Notes: generated by a model not told the origin, from the sequence alone. A stretch of DNA of 64,000 nucleotides from Octopus vulgaris (GCA_951406725.2 OX597825.1:14322001-14386000); one strand, 5' to 3'; shown: positions 39,791 to 53,669, numbered from the stretch's first letter. Translations and numbers: made by a program.

Positions 39791-41508
39791 TACATATGTA
39801 TACGTATATTTATGTATGCATATATATATAGATATATAATTATGTATATATATATAAGCTTACATACATACATGTATACACACACACACACATACACACA
39901 CATATATAAATATATTGATGCATGCATATATATATATCATATTATTATATATGAATATGTATATATGTGTGTGTATGTATGCACGCACATAAATTCATGG
40001 AAACACAAATACACGCATACAAACATATATATTCATATAATATGATATCACAATATTAATATTTTAATCTAACTTTCAGTTTTGGTCTACAAGTAGTAAT
40101 CCAGTTATTGCTATGTTGTCAAGAATTGTTTTTGATGTTGCCGCTGGTATTGAAATGTGTATAATTCTTAGTGTAATCTCAGAAGTATATTTTCTGTTAC
40201 TTAGAATTGTTACTCAGGTAATGTTATTTGAAATTAGTTTGTGTGCGCACACAGTTATCTTCTTTTAAAAATTCTACGTTTATATGAATAACATCCGAAG
40301 GGGTTTTACAAACGAAAACTAAATATTAATTTTATGTAATAATACATTTCGAAACTTGGTCCGGCTGTAACCGAAGCATTAGATGATTACTATAGAAGAA
40401 AGAGGAAGGAAGAGTGCACAGTTTGTAAAGAATTGATCGTATCTGGAAGGCTTTGAAAATTAAGTTCCTTAAACTGTATAATTTAATGTATTTCATAAAT
40501 TAGTATTTGACGCGAGCATAGTGTATAATATGAAAGTGAAAATTGTTATTGTCGTTCGACATTTCAAGTAGAATATTTGATGAAAGTCTTTTATTGATAT
40601 TCCAGGCGCATTAGATGCAAATCCCTAAAGAATCGGCTGATTCACTGACTAAATCATTCTGTTTTTGCAAGTGAGCCGTTTCCCAGCTAGATAAAACTAG
40701 TAATAATGAAATATTTATAATAGAAGTTATAATAGTGAGAATCTAATAAACCGCCATGTCAATATTTTTGCTTGCTATTTTTTCGGGTTGAAGCGGAAAC
40801 TAGCCATCGTCCTCCATTATAAAAGTAGTGATTTAATGAAACACTACGTTACGCGTACACCATTAGAACAACGCAAACACATGCTTTTCTAATTTCTTAA
40901 AATTCGTTCTTCCCTTTCTTTGAGATAGACCAGATGTTATACGCAACGAACTCAGAGATTTCCGAATGCTAACAGTAAATTCAGATGGGGTGTATTGTTA
41001 ACGTATTTGCTAAAGCTATAAGCATTTCTTGGGTGGTACGTCTCAAAGTCACTCAGAAATTTGAAGTAAAATAAATAATACGACTTGAACGATCATTTAA
41101 CAAGTACACCTTAAGTACAGAGATTTTGTTGTTGGTTTCAGTTTCCTAATACTAAACATCCACAGGAAATGATTGTATGTTTAGTCCCCACGACATGATA
41201 TATAATATTCACATTCAAACTTGGGTTGTATCCTAGATTTAAGAATATATTTATATTACGAAATACTTTTATGTCTTAAATATCAGAAAAAATGATTAAA
41301 TAATTTATAATGTGGGCGGTTGCACTGTACCTGCTCTCTGTCAAACAGTCAATGAATAGACATAGCTCTAAGGAGAAAACCATGTGCATTACATTATAGT
41401 GAAATATTGTACTTATATGTCTGCAGTCATTTTTAGGCGTGTATGTGGAAGATGCGTATATTTGTATAAATGTACGTGTGAACGGCTATCCAGCCTTCCA
41501 TTTAACTC

Positions 41509-41520
41509 TGTCTGTCTGTA

Positions 41521-41590
<70 letters not shown>

Positions 41591-41640
41591 CTTGTCTATC
41601 CATCTATCTATCTACCTGTATGTCTGTCTGTCTGTCAGTA

Positions 41641-41709
<69 letters not shown>

Positions 41710-41795
41710 CTATCTCTCTTTCTCTCTCTCTCTGTCTATCTATCTAATCTATCTATCTATTTATCTATCTATCTATATCCCTAGCTATCTATCTT

Positions 41796-41846
<51 letters not shown>

Positions 41847-41945
41847 GCCTGTCTCTCTATCTATCTATATATATGTGTGTGTGTGTGTGCGTGTCTACAT
41901 ATTTATCAATCTGTATGCATGTGTGTCTATATGTCCGTATGTATG

Positions 41946-41979
<34 letters not shown>

Positions 41980-41990
41980 TGTATGTATGT
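41509..41990. repeat. Compound microsatellite (TCTG)n-(TC)n-(TCTA)n-(TG)n-(TATG)n
   Basis: Directly visible. Confidence 0.95.
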
Positions 41991-44085
41991 GTGCGTCAGT
42001 GTGAGTTTGTGTGTGTATCTGTCTGTCTGTGTATTCTTTAATTGGTTGTTACCGTTTACCAAATGTATTCCATTTCGGTGAACATGAAAAAGAATCTGGT
42101 CACAGCATTAATGGCGTTAGATAGTATTAATATTCCACAGCATGTATTTAAGTAACCACAACGACGAGGAGGAGGAGGGGGAGGAGGTAGATGTTGCACT
42201 TTAAGAAAACATATGCATATTTCATTGGTTCGTCTAACAGATTGTAACAGACTGTAAATTACTTTCACAGCTCACTTTCTATGAATGAAAATCCTTACTT
42301 TTAGCGATTACAATTGCGAAAGTTAGTAACATAACCGTGTTTTGCTATAACTCTAAGTGTAAATGTAAATTTTAAATCTAACTCGTCGAACTTGTTCATG
42401 TGCATGATTTTCTCACTGCTTTTGTAAGAACTTTCACATCCGCAGAGAATCTTACTTTCACATCTGTACATAATTTTTCTTTTCGATGCCAGACAATTGT
42501 ATTAATTCTATTGTGTTTGCATTTGACGGATGTATTTAATCAAATGGTCTACTAAACACAATGGGTAGAAACGCATGTATGTATTTGCTTAACACTAAGT
42601 ATTTCTCTATTTACTTGACACTAGGTATTTGTGTATTTACTCTAGAGCAAGTTATCCTTTGAATATCATTATGTATTGTTATGCTACATAAATTGTATTT
42701 AAGGGAAGCACCTTGTTGTATGTGTACTACATGCAATAAAATCGTGACTTTATCGAAATTTTCTGTTGCACTTCGGCTTCAAGATACTTACCGTCTCTTT
42801 TGTTCAAAAGGCAATGTTAACTGTTTCCTGGTCTCGGATTCCTAGAGATCAAAATTCGAAATATAATCTCGCGTCACGAGTTCAATACTGATGCCCATAT
42901 CATAATCCTTTTAGATTATGAGGTCTTTCAAACAAGTCTATTTGGCTCCTCCTAAAGAACATCGTTGATTCACCCCTGACATGTTTGACCTGAGATATGT
43001 TATTGTTTCTCTTGTTTTACTATATCTCTTGTTCTATCCATCCATACTGTCTCCCCGCTTATATGGGAACATAGGTCATCATGTTTATTAAGAAAGAGTA
43101 AGCGTTTATGTCACCCGTATTAATAAATCGTAACTTCCCCCGTATCTCTTTCTACCAGTATGTACATCTGTATATACTACTGCTCACATGCGCGTGTGTG
43201 GTTGCTTCCAGCCACAAAAGCACCATAACCAAAACACGTTGAATATCCAGTCAGCCGTATCAAATCGTTAGCGTCCAAACAACTGCGCCCGATCGTCTCA
43301 TTCTGAACTTTTAAGCGAGTTTTATGTTTTTTATATTTCGGATTCCTTTTTACTTGTACAACAGAATATATTTTCATCCATCACTAAGAAACCGAAGGCA
43401 GCCTTCTTGGATGTTGCAGAAATAGTCATGTCTTATGCATAAAGTTTTGCTGCACAGGTTTATAATTCCTCCACATTTTACAGTCACACGTGTATGTTAA
43501 ACTCTGTCAAGATAATATCACCTTTCACTATGTTTGAAACAGCTCAAGGTTTTCCAACATAGCATTACATTTTTCGCAGATACACAGTTCCGAAATTAAA
43601 TCAGAAACAGATTCTATTGTCACTGATAGGGGAAAACATGGCAGTGGTATAGTTCAATAAGTCAACCGATCTGTGATTCTGGTTATGCTTGTAGAGACAC
43701 CGGTATCATATTTGCTTGCGAAATTTGAAGGTTACGTAACTCGCTCACAAGAAGACAAACCAATCTGACGCCTATTTGTTTGCATGCGAATGTTATCGCT
43801 ACGTAACCGATATGTCGTTGAAGATAATGATTTTCTCTCAGCTTTTCGAAATCTATGATAGCAATTTTCTTTATTCATTTCCCTTTGTTTTATTTCTTTT
43901 ACTTCATCCAAAAGTCTGCCAAGTAATTGTTGAAACGACATATAAATAAACACTCATTTGCCAAAAGAAAGGAATATTTCCATGCTTAAATATACTGCCT
44001 ATATCGCCAATAACATTCATTATGAACTAAGTAGTTCTTTATTAAATCCTAGAAAAATATAGTCTCTCTCTGTATGTACATATGT

Positions 44086-44135
44086 CTATCTATATATCTA
44101 TCTAGCAATCGATCTACCTTCCTATCTATCTATCA

Positions 44136-44221
<86 letters not shown>

Positions 44222-44346
44222 TTATCTATCTATCTATCAATCTATCTATCTATATCTATCTATCTATCTCTATCTATCTATCTATATCTATCTATCTATT
44301 TATCTATCTATCGATCTATCTGTCTGTATGTCTGTCTGTCTGTCTG
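44086..44346. repeat. (TCTA)n microsatellite
   Basis: Directly visible. Confidence 0.95.
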
Positions 44347-44719
44347 TAACATCCCACTCCCACCCTATCCCTTACACCCACTCCCACATACCCCACTTCT
44401 ACCCCCACCCTCAGCCTAACCCACAACCCGCCCTTGCTTCCCCACTCTCGCCTCCCCCACACCCCAATACATCAGACCACACACCTCTACACCATACACT
44501 ACCATACCACACAACACCACATCACATTACACCACCACGCACACATTAGCACTGACCACTTCCCAGCCCTACATCCACAAACCTACACATACACAAACGC
44601 ACACCTCAAGGTCACCAGCCCTCTTCCACACACACATACATGCTCTCTTATACACACGCACGCGCACTTTCGTTTTGGGATCACCACTACTTTAATAGCT
44701 CCCCTTCTTCCTACCTTTC

Positions 44720-44930
44720 CTGTGTGAACCCTCTGTCCGGCGTTCGCCATGATAGATCGCTAGCCGCTACACATTCTCTATTTTCTCTCCTTCTTTCTTT
44801 CTGTGTTCTTTTCTTTGGAAGAGCGTAGGCTCGAAACGTTAAAAACTGTTTCACTTCCTGAGCGTTAAATTAATACATCTGTTTGTTGCCTACACCACCT
44901 GTCTTCGTCTTGCTTTTTTTTGTAAATTTT

Positions 44931-44933
<3 letters not shown>
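44720..44933 (+). mobile_element. Family H1 Penelope-like terminal element
   Basis: CTTTGGA-AGAGCGTAGGCTC-GAAA-CGTT-AAAA at about 44813-44844; homologous to 1092-1300; ends in (TA)n. Confidence 0.65.
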
Positions 44934-44980
<47 letters not shown>

Positions 44981-45372
44981 ACAATGTGTGTGTTCACACT
45001 GCTCGTTAATTGAACAAAAACTACTTAATTTACCATTAATGCTTAGTTATGTATGGATGTCTGCACGTTCTTTTAATTATTTGATGCATTTAGCAAAGAC
45101 GGAGCAGGGTTCTAACAGAGATACAAAGTCCCATTTTTGGAATGTTGCTAACGAAAACAATGTAATACTTTCAAGTTCCGAAGATTTATATATTTCTGCT
45201 GTTCTGCCTACAGATTGAATTTGTGATGTGCATGTTAGCTGGTTGATTTCTTATTCTGAAAAACCTAGACATTCTTAATTATCACTTAGACATTTAGTCA
45301 CAATACCAAGTCTACCATTTATTAGTGATGTCAATATATGTATGCATGTATGTATGTATGCATGTATGTATG

Positions 45373-45933
45373 TCATTATTCAGTTTATTTCAAGATTTCT
45401 TGCCAATAAAGAACCGGTTTCTAACCTAGATCCAAGGTGTCTTCATTGGAATTTCAACATCAGCAACAGGGTATTTTTGCATGTGTGTATGTATGTATTT
45501 ATTTATGTATGTATGAATGTATGTATGTGCAGATTTGTATATTGTATATATGCATTTTCATGCATATAGTTACATATCTAGACATGCTCATATATATTTA
45601 AATGATAAACTTCTGGAAAGTTTTACAGATTTTTAGAATACCAGTGATGGATTGGATCTGTAGCCTTCGAATTAGCTTTCTCCCCTCTGGTTTTGAGAAG
45701 CCTAATTTCTCAAGATTGGTATTTAGGCAGTGTTATATATATCCCACGGCCCCAATAATTACAGGCATAAACCTGAATTTATAATCTGGATAGAGTAACT
45801 ACAGATTTCGCAATAGTTCAGCAAAGGTGTTCTCTTTTTCACTGATCTTCAACTTTGTGTTAACATCCGCTGGACAACTAATTTCCTCAACTGTGCACAG
45901 TTTCGCTTCTTTATCCCAAATCATTATATCAGA
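45373..45933 (-). mobile_element. 5'-truncated RLE retrotransposon (family of 12158-12646) with 3' UTR, flanked by (ATAC)n on both sides
   Basis: Minus strand translates DIMIWDKEAKLCTVEEISCPADVNTKLKISEKENTFAELLRNL*LLYPDYKFRFMPVIIGAV and ends KTFQKFII*; (ATGT)n at about 45337-45372 and 45934-46020. Confidence 0.82.
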
Positions 45934-45957
45934 TATGTATGTATGTATTTAAGTATG

Positions 45958-45991
<34 letters not shown>

Positions 45992-46345
45992 TGTATGTAT
46001 GTATGTATGTATGTATGTATTCCAGAATGTATACCTTTGTATGTTACCATTTATATACCTTAACATACGCATGTTCCTATGACTACACAGATGCATGCTC
46101 ACTTCTTATCGAGTAAATTTCCTGAATGTTTTACGTGTTAACACATTTCCGTCGATGCTATAAAACTGTAATTTCCTAACTAGCTGTGTTGTTGCGGATT
46201 TTGTAAACATCACCTTTCTCGTGACTATTGCTAAAGCAGTTAGTTACATATCCAAACAATGCAATAATTACAGGTGTAAATCTGAAACTACAATGAAGCT
46301 AAATTACCTGTATGTTTGTGACTGGGTCGTACCTATGTTTAGCGT

Positions 46346-47103
46346 AATGCTATCATCTGTAGGTTAACTAAATTGCACTAATATGCACACGTTTCCTTCC
46401 TCGCTGAAGATTAAATCTAGTCTGTTTATGCCTGCTTTGAGAAAGATTTTGGTAGGACTCTGCCTCTGATTTATGAGAGAGAGAGAAGCCCCTTTATTTT
46501 TCAACCTCACTGGAATTTTTCATACCCTTAACTTTTCGTTCGAGATATACTACATTGGTTATGAGAATGATAGGAGTTTCAGAGTGTTATTCCTCATATG
46601 GGTCACATCATTCATGTTCATTCCCCAGAGTTATTATATACAAATTACATATAACCAGATTCTTTTAGTCAGTGGTTTAAGCAATCTTTAATGGCTGACA
46701 AACTTACATGAATCCTATTTCTTCTGTATGATACAGTTATGTATTAAATATTGCTAATATTATTATCTCTGTGATTCACATGTATAAGTGAATTTATAGA
46801 ATAAACCAGAGAGTAAAGTGTCTTGGCAACTAATTGAATTAACTGGAGTCTTATTATATGTAGTGCGAGATATTACACAGAGTTCAGAGAGATTTTGGTA
46901 GGGGTCTGCCACTGATTTTAAGGGTATGAAAGATTCCAGTGAGGTTGAAAAATAAAGGGGCTTCTCTCTCTCTCATAAATCAGTGGCAGAGACCTACCAA
47001 AATCTTTCTCAAAGCAGGCTTAAACAGACTAGATTTAATCTTCAGCGAGGAAGGAAACGTGTGCATATTAGTGCAATTTAGTTAACCTACAGATGATAAC
47101 ATT
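46346..47103. repeat. Near-identical ~186 bp inverted repeat (arms 46346-46531 and 46918-47103)
   Basis: ATCATCTGTAGGTTAACTAAATTGCACTAATATGCACACGTTTCCTTCCTCGCTGAAGATTAAATCTAG is exactly reverse-complemented at about 47029-47097. Confidence 0.92.
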
Positions 47104-47554
47104 TCCGAGAGAGAGAGATAGAGATAGAGAGAGAGAGAGAGAGAGTCCTTTATGTTTCAATGTCACTGCAATTTTTCATACCCTTAATGTCAACCCTTTC
47201 CAGTGACATACTACTTCGATTATGAGAATTAAAGGATTTTGAGACAATTACTCCTTGTATGGGTCACATCATTGGTGTTCGTTCCTCAGAGTCTGAATCG
47301 ATTGTTTCATTATGGCGTTTACTATTTGCCCACCCGCTATTTTGTTACAATTTGCTGTAATCAAAGTTCAAATGCTTACCTTGAAAGTGAGAATTGTCGT
47401 AAAGGTTGTGGTGTTTAAGATAACCTAGGTCGGTTATCTATGTTTCTGTCACTTTGAAGCTCTCAGGTAACAACCATGAATTTCATTCTGTCGATAAGGG
47501 AAAATCTCTTCAGAAAATCTGGTGAAAAGATCTCTGAAGTAAAGTTCTGTGTGT

Positions 47555-47609
<55 letters not shown>

Positions 47610-47699
47610 ATATATATATATAAAGTATATATATATATATATAAAGTATATATATATATATAAAGTATATATATATATATAAAGTAAAGTTCTGTGTGT

Positions 47700-47739
<40 letters not shown>

Positions 47740-48326
47740 CTATATGTATCCACCTGCCTGAATTTCATGAGTTGGAGAAAGCATGGCTGTATATAAATAT
47801 ACATAAATAATTTTCTGAATGCTGATATAAAATTCTAACAGAATTATCTCTAATTCGCAGTGTTTAATGAACTGACAGTATAGTGAACAATTTGGAGAAT
47901 TAATGGGAGAAAAACATGATTATCATACACCTTATGTATTTATTGCAGAATATAGAATATAGAATATTAAATACGTATGTATATTATTGCAAACCTACTG
48001 TGGTATCCGTCTGGTTCGTTTGAAACTCATACTACCATAACTACAGAAGAAACTATTATGCCGCCAACCGTTTATCCGTTCACACACAAACATACACGCA
48101 TCCACACACAAATAACGAATGTATTCTCATACCCATCACTTATACATATGTTTGTATGTGTGTATGCACGTGTGTATATGTAAATATATACATATATATG
48201 TATATATATATATATGTATATATATATATAATATATATACATATGTATATAGATATATGTATATATGTATATATATATATATGTATGTATATATGTATGT
48301 ATATATACAAGTATATGTATATATGT

Positions 48327-48388
<62 letters not shown>

Positions 48389-49089
48389 CTTGTTCTGCAT
48401 CCTTTCTGGTTTTCTCTCCCACCCTCCCCAATTCTTCTCTTCTCTCTTACACCTCCTCCTCCTCCTCGACTCTCTCGTCACTGACAAGTGATCAGAGGGA
48501 AGTCATATTTCCGACTGCTATCTTCACCAAGACCAGACCAGTTTATTCTGTCTCTTTCAAAGCTGTCTCCTTAAACGTTCAGAATAATTTTTCTATCGTC
48601 TTGGCTTAACAGCCCTCGTCATTTGTTTTTACTATTTTATACTAATTGTTTTGTCATTTACTCCTTTTAATTTTTTATTGTTTTTACTGTCTTGTTTTGT
48701 TCTCACTGTCCTGTTCTTGTTACCACTTTTACCCTCTGCAAAAAATCCCAAATTTTATTTAAGTTGCTTTGCGGGAAGGACTCTTTCAACGAATTCGCAT
48801 CTAATCCTTACCCCCGCAACGTGGAGTAGACGATACAGGGACAACTGAAGACGGGGAATATTCCTTGAGTTGTATGTCTTGTACTCTGTTTTTTGCGTTG
48901 TTTGAAAAAACAGTTCGTTTCTATGTTGTTGTTTATATGTTTTCGTTTCTCATTGTGTTCAATTTTTTCCCTATGTTATGTACCCATATATGCATGTATA
49001 TAGAAATATATATGCAAGTATGTACATATATGTATGCATATACGCATATATTTATATTATTATATATATGTACATATATATATATATGT

Positions 49090-49143
<54 letters not shown>

Positions 49144-49230
49144 ATGGGCTGGAGGGTATATGTGTATGTGTGTGTGCATATGCATATGTGTGTAAATGTA
49201 TAAATATATATACATATATATATATATGAG

Positions 49231-49414
49231 ACGCCATGATAGATCGTTAGCCACTACAGACATTTTTTCTCTCCTTGTTTTTTCTGGGTCCCTTTCTGTA
49301 GATGAGCGTAGGCCCGAAACGTAAAATACTTTTTCTATTCTTGAACTTTATGCTAATACATCTGTTTGTTTTGTACACCACCTGTCTCCGTCTTTAATGT
49401 TCTTCGTAAACTCT

Positions 49415-49418
<4 letters not shown>
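49231..49418 (+). mobile_element. Family H1 Penelope-like terminal element inside (TA)n
   Basis: CTTT-CTGTAGA-TGAGCGTAGGCCC-GAAA-CGTA-AAAT at 49292-49327. Confidence 0.65.
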
Positions 49419-49483
<65 letters not shown>

Positions 49484-49538
49484 CATATATATAGATATAT
49501 ATGCATATATCTACATGTATACACTCATACACACACAG

Positions 49539-49570
<32 letters not shown>

Positions 49571-50055
49571 GTACATATACATTGTATGTGTCTGCATGTG
49601 TAGTATCGCGTTTTGCTTACACACGACAAAAACATGAATTATTCAAATGTCTGCATATTATGTACTACATATGTCTGAGGGTTTCACTTTTATGCTCATT
49701 TTTCATTGAAAAAGTTAATTAAAAAAATACACAAAAAAATGAAAAGAAAACAAGATATTAGATATTGTCATGTTAATGAATTAATCTTCGCCGTAATTGT
49801 GTTTGTTTAATGAGAAGCATAACATTCACCCATAAATGATAGAGTAAATAAAACTGATGATAATGTAGGCAGGCATTGGTAATTGACACAAAATTTGTAT
49901 AAAACTGTTTACTTTGTCATTAATTAAGCCTTCATATCATTAGCGTTCATACGACAGTTTTATACAAAAAATATATTACTGCAATTAACACGTAACTTCC
50001 TCTACCGCTTATTCTTCCTCTCTGCTATAAATTCTATTAACCCAGTTTATTTAGT

Positions 50056-50310
50056 GTTATTATATACAAATTATATATAACCAAATTCTTTTAGTCAGTG
50101 GTTTAAGCAATCTTTAATGGCTGACAAACTTACATGAATAATATTTCGTCTGTGTGATACAGTTATGTATTAAATATTGACATTATTATTATGTCTGAGA
50201 TTCACATGGAAAAGTGAGGTTATAGAATAAACCAGAGAATAAAGTGTCTTGGCAAATAATTGAATTAACTGGAGTCGTATCATATGTGGTGCGAGATATT
50301 ACACAGAGTT
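50056..50310 (+). repeat. ~255 bp direct duplicate of 46630-46884
   Basis: GTTATTATATACAAATTA...CTTTTAGTCAGTGGTTTAAGCAATCTTTAATGGCTGACAAACTTACATGAAT...GCGAGATATTACACAGAGTT occurs in both places. Confidence 0.9.
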
Positions 50311-51400
50311 GGTGTTATATTGTGTAAAAGTACGCCAACACCACGATAAGAAATTCTCATTTTTTTATGTTGACGCTGAAAGGAGTTCATGAGCCTCTAT
50401 GCGAATATACCGAGCGACACTTGATAGCATTTGCTAGTCACACAGTAAAACACAAAGTCTGGTAACTTAGACATCATATTACAAATAAAGTCTTAAGCAA
50501 TCTTGTCAGTCCTTGTCTCTTTATAGATAGTATGCATATTCATCGCTGCAATCGTAAGCATACATACATACATACATACATACATACATACATACATACA
50601 TACATACATACATACATACATACATACATACATAAGATAGTGGTACAACAATGCATCAATATTTACTAGAAATAGCATTCGAGATTATACGACGCTATAG
50701 TAAAGCTTCACTGTATATATATATAATATGTATAAAATGAAATAAATGAAAAACAGGACACAAGGATGTTTCGAGCTTTGTAGAACAACTTATTCTTACA
50801 TCAATATATAAACGACATAACAGATAGTTCAAAAGCCCTCTTCAGCCGCATGCAATTGCTACACCAAAGACTTTATGAAAGGTTTGAGAAAAAACATTTG
50901 GTATTGTTTATAATGGTAGGTAAACCGAGTATCACTGGGAAAGTATGTTTGTAAATCTTCATAGGCGTACATCGTATTATTAGACTCCAAATCAAATCGT
51001 CTATACCGTTTTCTCACTCAATATATATATATATATATATATATGTCCTCCCTGATACGATTGATGCCTTATTCCACATTATTCATCCTCTCGGATTTAT
51101 TTTAATGCATCTAACGAAACATATGTCGGTGATATGATGATTTAAATTCTTTAAATAACGTCTTGGGCATTTGTCTCCGTTTTCCATTATTCTTCTATTC
51201 TCCTGAACTTGTCTCGCTTCTCCCCAGAATTAAATTCCATGCAAGTGGGATTTTTGATTCTTAGGACCCCTATGTGACATCTTCCACCTTGTATATGTAT
51301 GTATGTATATATATATATATATATATACATATATATATGTGTGTGTGTATATATATGTATGTATATATATGTTTGTGTAATATGTATATATATGTATGTA

Positions 51401-51459
<59 letters not shown>

Positions 51460-51810
51460 ATATATGTTTGTGTATGTATGCATGTATGTATACCTGTATA
51501 CGTACGTATATACAGTTGCATTTACCGAGGTTATTCTTTGGGAAGGAATTGAAGAGATCACATCTTGTGATAGGTTAGATCCCTTCCTTTAAACCTTGTC
51601 ATGACGTTAGCTCCAAAGTTCGCCATTTAAAAAAAAAGAGAATTGGCACTAAAAATAATCTGGAGAAAAGTATATTACAGTTCTTAGTAGAAGTAGTATG
51701 AAGGTTTCATAAAATCTAGATTGGAGACTCTCTCTTTTACTCTTTTACTTGTTTCAGTCATTTGACTGCAGCCATGATGGAGCACCGCCAACAGTAAAGA
51801 GTAATTTATT

Positions 51811-52300
51811 TACTTTTCCTTTGGAGCAGGAGACTTCAGATGTTTTTTGCTTCCATTTCTTGGACAAGCACTTGTCACATATTGCAGACATTGAGCCAAT
51901 TGAAACTATTTTTTAGAAGCGTAGTCATGTCCCTATTCACGTTTCACCTACCGGCTTTTTCACACCTGATGTTATCATGACCGATGGTCAGCTATGCTTT
52001 TGTCGGGCCCCTATAGATTTTTGTCTGGTTTTTCATTCTGTATAGTTTCAGGCTGTGAATGCGTAACATGTTTGACAGAAACTTGTTGAAGACAACACTA
52101 TTGTGCAGCAGGCACCTCTTGTTGATTGGTAGCAACAGGTTTCGTAACAGTACGTTCACAGCAAGCCTCATCTTTGCCGTTAATACCAGCTCTTCTGTGA
52201 TTTGCATTCCTGGTAGCATCGGTTTGCCGTCATTATTCTCGCTGCTCATCTGTCTCAGGTGCCCTTGGAACACTTCTGCAAATGGCAGCAGAGGCTGTCG
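51811..52300 (-). pseudogene. Degenerate N-terminal fragment of an autonomous Helitron Rep/helicase ORF
   Basis: Minus strand gives SRAPETDEQRE-type repeats, then DYASK/VSIGSMSAICDKCLSKKWKQKTSEVSCSKGKV, matching the Helitron motif IGxMxxxCxxCxAxK(F/W)xxExxGxCCxxGKV. Confidence 0.7.
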
Positions 52301-52825
52301 TGTGACATCTTATTTCATGCCGTTATTAATAATGAAATAACTTTTATGGCAAAATGCACATACAAGGAAACATCTCTTCGTGTCCGTAATGCTGAAATCG
52401 CGATTTTAACAGGCAAAAAAAGAAAAAAATGATAAATAAATAATGGGAAAAAGAAAGAAGCAGAAATAGATGAGTGACAAAGGTTATATTTTCAATTAAG
52501 ATTAGAATGTAAAATATTAAATACTAAAACAGGAAATTATAATAATTTGATGCCAGCGGGGCAGGTGTGGTGATGACATAAAGAAGAAAGGGGATAAAGA
52601 ATAGGTGAAAAAATGCAAACATTCTCAAATATATAAAGGATTTCTATATAACTCTAGTTAGATCTCTCATTCTATTACCATTTTTAGGCAGAATCGTGTT
52701 GGACAAAATGTGCTGCGGTATTTTTTTTTCTGACTTTACATTCCGAGTTCAAATTCTGATGATTTCGACTTTGGCTTATTTTCTGTCGAGTCAATAAAAT
52801 AATAACCAGTCCAGGATTGGTGACA

Positions 52826-52829
52826 CCAC

Positions 52830-52861
<32 letters not shown>

Positions 52862-52902
52862 CCAACACCACCACAGCCACCACCACCACCACCACCACCA
52901 CC

Positions 52903-52951
<49 letters not shown>

Positions 52952-52958
52952 CCATCAC

Positions 52959-53007
<49 letters not shown>

Positions 53008-53012
53008 GTCAT
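52826..53012. repeat. (CAT)n/(CAC)n microsatellite
   Basis: Directly visible; follows a degenerate SINE B core. Confidence 0.95.
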
Positions 53013-53417
53013 CAATCTATTATATACTACTCTAACTACCAGCAACTGTAGCTCGCGATTTGTTGACAAGTCGTCTCAAACCTCAAGAATATTTCACAAA
53101 ACTCGTGCGGAATATAGAATGGTATATATATATATATATATATATAAATCTATAATACGAGTCTCAGTTCCGCTCTCTTTTAGGTAGCATTTTGAAAGTT
53201 AAACCAAGTGCAGCAATTACCCACAGGTAAAATTGTTGTCTTAGTGTTCTAGAACCTGATATTTCTCACATTTTTATCAATTTCTTTGGTATCAACTCTA
53301 TTATCAGACGATATCATTTCACACTTATAGCATATGATTTTACACTGATAGTTTTGTGCTCCATAATCATATCTCGTCTTCTTGCTTCAATATTGTTGAC
53401 AGTCTTTGGGTATATAT

Positions 53418-53449
<32 letters not shown>

Positions 53450-53504
53450 GTATATATTTCAAACACATGCGCGCACACATATATGCTTGCATCACTCCCA
53501 CGCT

Positions 53505-53596
<92 letters not shown>

Positions 53597-53619
53597 ATAT
53601 ATATATATATATATGTATG

Positions 53620-53650
<31 letters not shown>

Positions 53651-53669
53651 ATATATATATGTGTGTATA

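Noticed and set aside
48808-48860. CCCCCGCAACG...CTGAAGACGGGG possible permuted hammerhead
   Set aside because: GAAA is absent and stems I and III could not be paired convincingly.
52791-53069. Poly-Met/Ser/Pro/His ORFs
   Set aside because: This is a (CAT)/(CAC)n microsatellite next to a SINE remnant, with no flanking coding context.
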